From assembly GCA_964016885.1 (NCBI GenBank), contig OZ024740.1, positions 339,326,001 to 339,390,000 of the forward strand: a stretch of DNA of 64,000 nt, given 5' to 3'. This DNA is from Eledone cirrhosa (lineage: Eukaryota). Made by a program: the position numbers and the translations under genes. Under the pieces are notes generated by a model. It was not told the DNA's origin. It was given only the letters and a program-made list of their open reading frames with translations, and did no database searches. Numbering within the stretch: position 1 is the first letter of the stretch; every line of letters begins with the position of its first letter. This document shows, one piece after another, positions 54,795-64,000 of this stretch.

Positions 54795-55268
54795 ATATAT
54801 AATATATATATATATAATATATATATATACTGTTTATTATATATATATATATAATATATATATATATATTATATATATATATATTATATATATATAATAT
54901 ATATATATATATATAATATATCTCTCTCTCTCTCTATATATATATATATAATATATCTATATATATATATATTATATATATATATATAAGGGCGTATGGG
55001 TGTGTTTAAAAGAAGACACTTCCATAGTTTTTTACTTAAAAAATAAATCAAATCATCCTTATAATCCATGCTATTTTGTCATTTTATTTAGGATAAGTAG
55101 TTTATTGATTCCAGATGCAATCATTCACCTTTGGGATCATTGATCACATAGAGATACTACTGTAGTTATTGTTACTGTTGTGCTTGTTGTTGCTGCTCTA
55201 GTTGTTCATTTTATATCATTACCTGTCACTTCCCTTCTCTCTCTCTCTTTCTATATCTGTATATTTAA

Positions 55269-55329
<61 letters not shown>

Positions 55330-55557
55330 GTACATAACATGCCAGCATGGTAAACAGACCTTTAAAATGATGCTCATTATATATATACATAAATATGCAT
55401 GTGTGTATATATATATATGTATGTATGTATGTATGGCTATATATATATGTATATATATATGTATGTTGGTTAAATTAATATATGTATATATATATATATA
55501 ATATATATAATATATATATATGTATATATATGTATGTATGTATATATATATATATAC

Positions 55558-55599
<42 letters not shown>

Positions 55600-56052
55600 T
55601 GTATATATATGTATGTATGTATGTATGTATATATATATATACATGTGTATATATATATATATATTATATATATAATATATATATATATATGTATATATAT
55701 ATACATGTGTATATATATATATATATTATATATATAATATATATATATGTATATATATATATATACATATGTATATATATATATATATTATATATATAAT
55801 ATATATATATATGTATATATGTATGCATATATATATATATATATATACATATGTATATATATATATATATTATAATATATAATATATATATATATATGTG
55901 TGTATATATATATGTGTATATATATATATTATATATATAATATATATATATGTATATATATATATATTTGTGTATATATATATGTGTATATATATATATT
56001 ATATATATTATATATATATATTATATATATAATATATGTATTATATATATTT

Positions 56053-56083
<31 letters not shown>

Positions 56084-56137
56084 AATGCCTCTCTCTCTCT
56101 GTCTCTCTCCTATATATATATATAAATGCCCCTCTCT

Positions 56138-56180
<43 letters not shown>
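54290..56180. repeat. Extended (TA)n-derived compound arrays (two blocks, ~54290-54990 and ~55270-56180)
   Basis: Direct reading. Confidence 0.95.
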
Positions 56181-56182
<2 letters not shown>

Positions 56183-56384
56183 GCCCCTCTCTCCAAGGAG
56201 CTTACTGTTGTTCTGACTCATCAGTTCCTTCACAAAATCTAGCTGAATGAAGGAAAGCCTATATTCTTTCTTAGATTTCCTTTCAGAAAGAATTCTAATA
56301 TCTATCTCAATATTTTCTTTTCAGTTCAAATGTTAACTTTTCTTTGCAAAATTTTCTCTTTCATAAAATGAATGCAATCAACTC

Positions 56385-56387
<3 letters not shown>

Positions 56388-56442
<55 letters not shown>

Positions 56443-56645
56443 ATTTAATCTCTATCTGTTACTTCACATATCAATACCTCTCTATCAACTCTACCACTCT
56501 CTCACTCTCTCTCTCTCTTCACATATGTATATACATATATATATATTCGCATATCACTCACTCTGTCCTTATCTCTCTCTCTCTCTCTCTCTTCACATAT
56601 GTATATACATATATATATATTCGCATATCACTCACTCTGTCCTTA

Positions 56646-56705
<60 letters not shown>

Positions 56706-56716
56706 TATCTCTCTCC
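56388..56716. repeat. (CT)n arrays with a ~72-bp tandem duplication
   Basis: cttcacatatgtatatacatatatatatattcgcatatcactcactctgtccttatctctc at ~56518 and ~56591. Confidence 0.9.
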
Positions 56717-56970
56717 CATCATTTCTCGTTTTCTTTCTTCCTTCTCTTTAAATATCACTATATCTCTTTCTTACTCTTACTTTGCTTAATAATTGTAAAA
56801 AAGAAAAGAAAATAGAAAGCCCCTAAAAACAACTGCAACAATAACAACAACAATAACAAACAGTCATACATAATAAATTTTCCTCTCTATGTACTTTGAT
56901 GATATAACAGGGCCACCACCACTATAGCTGTAACACTGTGTATCTGTGTATGTACACACACATATGATGC

Positions 56971-57040
<70 letters not shown>

Positions 57041-57161
57041 GCACACAAATATATACAAATAAAAATCGATACATATATACTTACATACACACAGACATAC
57101 ACACAAACATATATATATCATCATCATCATCATCATATGCATTTGTTTGTGTATGTGTGTG

Positions 57162-57212
<51 letters not shown>

Positions 57213-58217
57213 ATGTTTTCGTAGTAGTTGAACATAATTAAACTATTTCAAAAAGGTGATGTTAGATAAATATTTTAGCAAAGTGTGAGAATATGTGTGT
57301 GTGCGTGTTTAATTAGCTGTGTGTGTGTTCATGCACGGGGTTATTTTATTTTTTTTCTATAGAATCCTTTTCTAGTTAGATGTCTATTGAGAGATGCTGA
57401 TATTGTTGTCATCTCTCAACTCAACTGAGATGCTGCACAATGCTTTATCTCATTCCATTTCTTCATGGCTTTTGTCGTCTCATGAAAAGTTATATTACAA
57501 CCACTATCTTGGTATTTTCATGTAACAGAGAAAATTCTTAGCTATTTTAGATATCTGCTAGCTATTTTAGGTTTATTCCTTTGTGGTTTTTCCACTGCTC
57601 AGAAAGTTAGGTTCCATCATACCAGTGGCTTTCTACTTGCTCCTCCTCCTTTTCCCCTAACATCTATCTTACCAAGAAAGGTTGGTGAGGACTGCGTGGG
57701 ACTATAGGATGGATTGATGGATGGATGGCTACAGCAGGGCCTGAAGTTAGGTTATCAATATCATGTACTGAAATATATATGTATGCATGCATAATACATG
57801 TATACACACATACATAAATACATATACACATACATACATAATTGTTATCGATTTACGTCTGTTTTTCCATGCTTGCATGGTATATATATATATATATATA
57901 TGCGTGTATTTAAAACACTTTACTTACTCTCTTTCTAATGATATTATACTGCCTATGTTTGACAAATAATCAAGAATATTAAAGGATTTAGTAAAATAAC
58001 TACCTTTATTATTATTCTACAAAATATTCTCAGATAGAATTATGATAGACAACTAGCAGCCTTCACTGTAAAAAGAAAATTGTAGTGTAATTGTGTTCTG
58101 TTATTCTTCTATACACAGAAGAACATAATGCATTTCAGAGATTTTTGCCTCCTTATCAAAAGATAAATACTCATAGTTCTGTCTACCATGGAATCTTTCC
58201 ATAGCAATGATATATAT

Positions 58218-58556
58218 GGCACATGGCTTAGTGGTTAGAGCATTGTGCTTGCATTCAGAAGGTTGTGAGTTCAATCCTCGAACCAGGTGATGCATTGTGT
58301 ATTTGAGCAAGACACTTTATTTCACGTTGCTCCAGTTTACTCAGCTGTAGAAATGAGTTGCGATGTCGCTAGTGTCAAGCTGTATTGGCCATTGCCTTTC
58401 CCTTGCACATCATCGGTGGTGTGGAGAGGGGAGGCTGGTGTGCATGGACAATTACTGGTGTTCCACAAACAACCTTGCCCGGACTTGTGCCTCAGAGGAG
58501 AAACTTACTAGGTGCAAATCTCATGGTCATTTGTGACCGAAGGGGGTCTTTACCCT
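58218..58556 (+). mobile_element. SINE family B, near full-length (others ~28195-28310, 50735-50990, 53300-53500)
   Basis: ggcacatggcttagtggttagagc..ggttgtgagttcaatcc..ttgagcaagacactttatttcacgttgctccagtttactcagctg. Confidence 0.85.
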
Positions 58557-58804
58557 TTATATGTCTTACAGGGTGTAGAATATAGCTTGAAATGATCCAT
58601 CCTATAGCGTCATCATCATTATTTACCATCTATTTTTCCATTCTTGCATGGGTTAGAAGGGTCACCCACGTCATGAGACAAGTCTGGCCAGCTAGCTGCA
58701 CCATACCTTGCTCAGACAGGACTGTATTTTGGATGGGATTTTTACAGCTGGATGCCCTTCCTAACATATATATATATATATATATATTTATAGATATATA
58801 TATA

Positions 58805-59797
58805 TGGACTAGAATCAAAAGGTCTTAAAGTTAACTTATCAAAGACTAAAGCCCTAATATGTAGAAAGGAAAACAGAGCCCAGATTCCCTCATGGAAAAT
58901 GGCCTTGCTCAGGGTGCAGGAAAGGAATAGGAAGAAATTCTATATTATGCCCCAAATGCTAGTTATGGGTACACAAAAGATGTAGTAGTGTGACAAGCAG
59001 GCTATCTAAGAATGTAGGTCTTATATGCAGCCAATGAACAGGTGCAGTAAGTAGCAAGAGACCACAGGATTCTAGCTTCTTCAAATGCCTAGAGGGCTCT
59101 GTAGAAATAGTCGACAGTTTCTGTTATCTGGTTGAGCAAATTAGCAGTAAAGGAGGGTGTTCCGAAAGTACAGTCACCAGAGTAAGAAGGAGATGGAGAA
59201 AGTTCAGGGAGCTACTACCACTGCTAGCTACAAAAGGTTTTCCCTCAAAATGAGTAGGAAGACCTAGAAAAGCCTGAGATGGAGTGATAAAAGTTGACCT
59301 TGCCCAATTAAACTTTTCAAAGGCAATGACACAGGATCAAGATCTTTGGTGTTATGCAGTAATTCAGAAGACCTGCCTTCCTATGCGCACCAATTGAAGC
59401 ATACATCTAGTAGGCACCATTTAACCACTATCCTTCTTCCCCCTTCCATACATCTCCTACACCCTAACATCCCACTCAACTCTAATCACACCACCTTTCT
59501 CCCACACCTTTACACCCCTGCTCCAGTCCCCAGTTCAAGTTGTAAAGTGGGCATTTTTGTGCCATGACAAAAATCACCCAGCCCACACTATAAAGTGGTT
59601 GTGTAGGTGTCACGACAAAAAGTACCCAGTATACAATGTAAATGTGGTTGGCATTTGGAAGAGCATCCAACCATAGAAACCTAACCAAAAACAGTTCTGT
59701 ATGAGGAAGACACGGTCACCTGACCAGAATACCTGAAATGGGACAACCCGTCTAACCCATGTTTGCATGAAAAAATAGACATTAAATGATGATGATA
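58805..59797 (+). mobile_element. Decayed RTE LINE with internal deletion (~59252)
   Basis: Encodes GLESKGLKVN..KTK, then (frameshift) KWPCSGCRKGIGRNSILCPKC*LWVHKRC, DSFCYL, WRKFRELLPLL, then jumps to the GRP segment. Ends in the 3'UTR and gatgatgat. Confidence 0.92.
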
Positions 59798-59851
59798 TTT
59801 CTACACACACACACACACATATATATATATATGTGTGTGTATATATATATA

Positions 59852-59989
59852 TAGAAGTAGTAACACAACAGTTAGTTCACCAAACCGAGAACAATTGTTT
59901 CACCTTATGCGGATCTTCTGAAGGTCCGCATAATAAGGTGAAACAATTGTTCTCGATTTGGTGAACTAACTGTTGTGTTACTACTTCTA
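59852..59989. repeat. Near-perfect 138-bp palindrome (fold-back) next to (TA)n
   Basis: tagaagtagtaacacaacagttagttcaccaaaccgagaacaattgtttcaccttatgcggatctt-ctg-aaggtccgcataataaggtgaaacaattgttctcgatttggtgaactaactgttgtgttactacttcta. Confidence 0.95.
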
Positions 59990-62900
59990 CCAAACTCGTC
60001 CCATGGACTGAGTGCTCTACTACTGCGGATATATTACCGTCCAGTGTTCTACCTTTATATATATATATATACAGGTGTGTGTGTGCACTGACACACACAC
60101 ATATATATGTTTATGTAAGTATATACACACATACAGAGAGAGAGACAGAGTGTGTGAGTGAGAAAGAGAGAGGGTGAGACTGACTGATTCAAGAGAATGT
60201 AAATAGGATTGGATTATCAAATTCTACATTTAAGAAAGAAAATGTGAATAAAAGATGAGACTGAGGTGATAATGGGCTGAGAAATGAAAGTTATACTAAC
60301 GTTAGAAGAGATATACTGAAGATGATCTGAAGAATTGGGAATGATTGTACTGCAATAAGGTTTGGGTTAAAAGGGAAAAATTAATATATGAATTAGAAAA
60401 CATTGCTTTTTGTTTCTGAGATCTTTCCTTGATCTTTTTTTGTACATTTTACATCAAATACACAATACATCCTATGGTGTTTCATATCTTGATTTATTTG
60501 CTGTTTTATCATTTTTTCTGCTTTTGTATTTTTGTTAACATTTACATGACTCAGTATAAATTTAAAGATAACTATTCACTCACTGATCTATATTTTTGTT
60601 TATAAGCATGGCTGTGCGGTTAAAAAAATTCACTTCACAACTACATGGTCTTAGTTTCTACCCAACAGTGTGAACTGCACTAAAGATAGCCAAGAGTAAC
60701 ATTGCTTTGTTTGACAGGGAGCCATATTAAATCTACCACTTAATAATAGATGCAGTCTATCCAATGCAGAGTTTCAATCTACCCAATTTTACTCACAAGG
60801 CTTGGGTTAACCAATGCTATGGAACAAGACACTTGCCCAAGACGAATCTCAGTGCAATTGAACTTAGAACCACATGATTGATTACAAAACAAACTGTTTA
60901 ACCATACACCCTTGACTACATTATACCTACGGTCATGCTTGGTAATATATGTTAAAGTTATGTAGAATGCAATAATGTCATAAAGACATAATTTGAAATA
61001 CATTGACGTAACAGGTTAGTTTCATTAAAAATTTACTATTTTATTTCATTTTCAAGTGGTACGAGTCCATAATTATGTAATCTAATAGCTTGTGTCCGTC
61101 TGCTCTGCCAAAACATAAAAGCGGGAGAAAATATATAAAAACATAATCGTAAAACAAACATAGCAGTGGTAGCCTTAAAGTGGATGTTTCCTGCTTTACA
61201 AAATGGTTTGACCAACCATTGTACTTAGTACATGTAATTAATCATTAAGTAGTTGAACTAGTCACTCTGTTCCACTTGCCTGCAGTGTTTGGTCAAATAT
61301 ACTTTGATATGTTAGCTCCCATAAGCCAATCACTAATGTTAACAGTGTATAACATGTGTTAATAAACTTACAGCCCATTAATGACTTGTAACAATACATT
61401 ACACTATTTTTCATGTCACACTTGTTTATATATTTATTTATTTGTTTATTTAAAAAAGTACCATGCTATATTAAAGCCCAAAGAGTTATACATAAACCAT
61501 TATGCCATGTTTCTGGAATATTTCCAAAATTATTATTTAAAATAAATTTTCCTCCAATAATTTCTTCCCATGGGAGTCCAGTTCTAGTCTGCTTGGAATT
61601 AGCCGACAATTTAAACACCTCATTTCCTCTAAAACAAATTGATATGTTCTTCATATAGCACTTTATGGACTTTAATGGGTTTTTTTACTTCTTGTAAAAA
61701 CTAAAGTTAATCATCTAGATCAGTATTATCTTTGTGTATGATCTCTGTGATGATGATCATAACAATAAACTAGAAGACCACTGATCTTCCATATTGAACC
61801 AAGGAAACGCTGTTTCAATTGGTCTTTGCCATTGTTGATACTATCTGTTGGTTGCAGTTACTGGTATAGGTGTCACTGTTTCATGACAGGAGGCAAGATT
61901 TCAACACAGAATGCAGAGCCAGAATAGATATTGCAAGACATAGTATCCAACACTTAAACAATTTTTTCCAATCCACTACCCCTGGATTGATACTTTATTT
62001 ATCAAACCCAGAATGATAAACAGTAATGTAATGTTGTGCAGAACTACTACAAAGCATTCTTTCTGAGACTCTAACAACTCTGCCAATACACCACCTACCG
62101 AGCTGTAGGATTATTTTTGCGTAAATCACAAAGAGAATGTATATGTTGAATAAGTAAACAGATTGTAAAATCTTTGCTTGCCTGGAGAGAAAAATCAATT
62201 CCATATAAGAACTACTTGATCCTAAATGGAACCAAATAGAAGACCAGGAATTCTTTTCTAACAATGTAGGCATATATCATCCTTAAATTTTCCTCCTCCT
62301 GATCCCCATCACCCATTTTACCTCAATTTTTCCATGCTATCATTGGTTAGATGAGGCCTTGCCAGTATAACATCTCTCCATTTGTCCTCTTCTTTGTATA
62401 GATTAGCATTCTGAGATCTGTTTTCACCAATGCTACCCAAATATTCTGTGGTCTACCTCTAGCACATTTTCTTTCACCTTAGAACTTGAGGCCTTTCTTC
62501 CCCCTACAATAATCATTACCTGTCCATACTAGTGTAATATTCTTACACACACCATCTAATTCCTCTTATACCCAGTTAATAAAAATAGTGTGTGTACATT
62601 TATGCATATATATGTTAGGAAAAAATATGAAGATGGATGATAGATGATAATGCAACTGTTTTCAATGTACACTATACACAAAGAGATGGCTGAAATAAAA
62701 GAAAAACATGAGAAAACATCTCTATTTATTTCTTATAAATATGAACTAGATTTGATTGGTAAAACTTGTCTTTATGAATTCTGAAGAGGAATTGATTTTC
62801 TTTCAATTTTCAATTGATTCTTAAGTCTGTGGTGTTGGAACACAAAAGTGTTAGTTTGTTGAAAACATACAGAATATATATTATATATAGCTTATCATGA

Positions 62901-64000
62901 CAGAATATATCAAGTGTTTTCTTGTAGTGGCAGGGACTTTCATCATTTTTGTTCAGGCAGCTGTAGGTCTTATAAGTAATGAACTTTCTAATCTGTTTGC
63001 TCTTGTTTGTATTACATCTACTTTGGATTATCTTCAATCTCCAGTCACCTCTACAACTTTATTAAGAATATACTTTTCTATTAGATGTTCATATCATTAG
63101 ATCTATCAAAGATTGTACTTTTTCAACAAATTGACAGCTGATTTGAAGAGGAGACACGGAGACAGGAAAACACGATTTTTTTTCTTTTCTAAAAATCATG
63201 TTTATAGAATAAACAAAACATTGTGAATCATCATCATCATTATCATCATTATCACTTTACCATGCTGGTGTGGGTTGAACAAAATGTTTTCAAGGTAGTT
63301 TTTATACATCCATATACTTTTCCTAATACCAACCAATGCTTTATTTGTATAAGATGGTATATTGTCAGAACGGTTAACTACAGAAGGCATTGTTTCCATG
63401 GGACATAGATATATAGCAGCATTTGCTTTGAACTGTGTCTATATGAGGACACACAGAGAGATACATATCATCATTGTTATCATCATCATCATGTTACGTC
63501 TATTTTTCCATACTTACATGTGTTAGATGAGTGTCTTCACCCACACAGCTTCCTTTCACTTATTCTGTTCCTTTATCATCTTCTCTGTAAGTATTTCTCA
63601 CCACTTCCTCCCAAGTTTTCCTCTTCTGAAGCTTCCTTCTACATAGATCTCTTAGCACTTTTTTGCCCAACCCATGCTAGTGTGGAGAAGGGATATTAAA
63701 CGGTGATAATGATAATATACACATGATGACTTTCCTTACAGCTTTTGTTTATCAGATTCCCTCACAAGGCATTTGTCAGTAGAAGACATTGCACAATGAG
63801 ATCAAACTATATGGTTGCAAAGTAAAGTCCTTAACCACACAGCCATGTCTGTGCCTGAAATGAAAATAATGATAACAACGGTAATAATAATTGTTCTTCT
63901 CTTCTTCTTTTGTCCATTTATTCTTGAAAGAGTTGTCAGAGCAGACACATCAGATATGCTTTCCAGATGGTCCTATCAAAAGCAAATATCTCCAAATGAT

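Overview
AT-rich, repeat-dense eukaryotic DNA with no intact host gene. The repeat repertoire (RTE LINE 3' ends with (GAT)n tails, several tRNA-derived SINE families, very long (TA)n arrays) resembles an octopod cephalopod genome, which is an inference. The window is most likely intronic or intergenic. All recognisable coding sequence is retroelement-derived: a Penelope GIY-YIG endonuclease fragment, a 5'-truncated RTE ORF2 (RT plus an embedded C4HC3 PHD-type finger), and further RTE, CR1 and CRE(RLE) fragments. There are also hAT and TTAA (piggyBac-type) MITEs, including a four-element nest at 28.6-31.2 kb. The most notable unannotated signals are: (i) minimal type I hammerhead ribozyme motifs in (TA)n-embedded Penelope-like remnants; (ii) several sequence-unrelated (TA)n-flanked inserts sharing a unit + restart + inverted-copy architecture that implies a head-to-tail or circular template; (iii) a clean recursive-splice-type ttcag|GTAAGT site with a downstream donor at 13.1 kb, plus a few candidate small + strand exons. 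Boundaries of decayed repeats are approximate.
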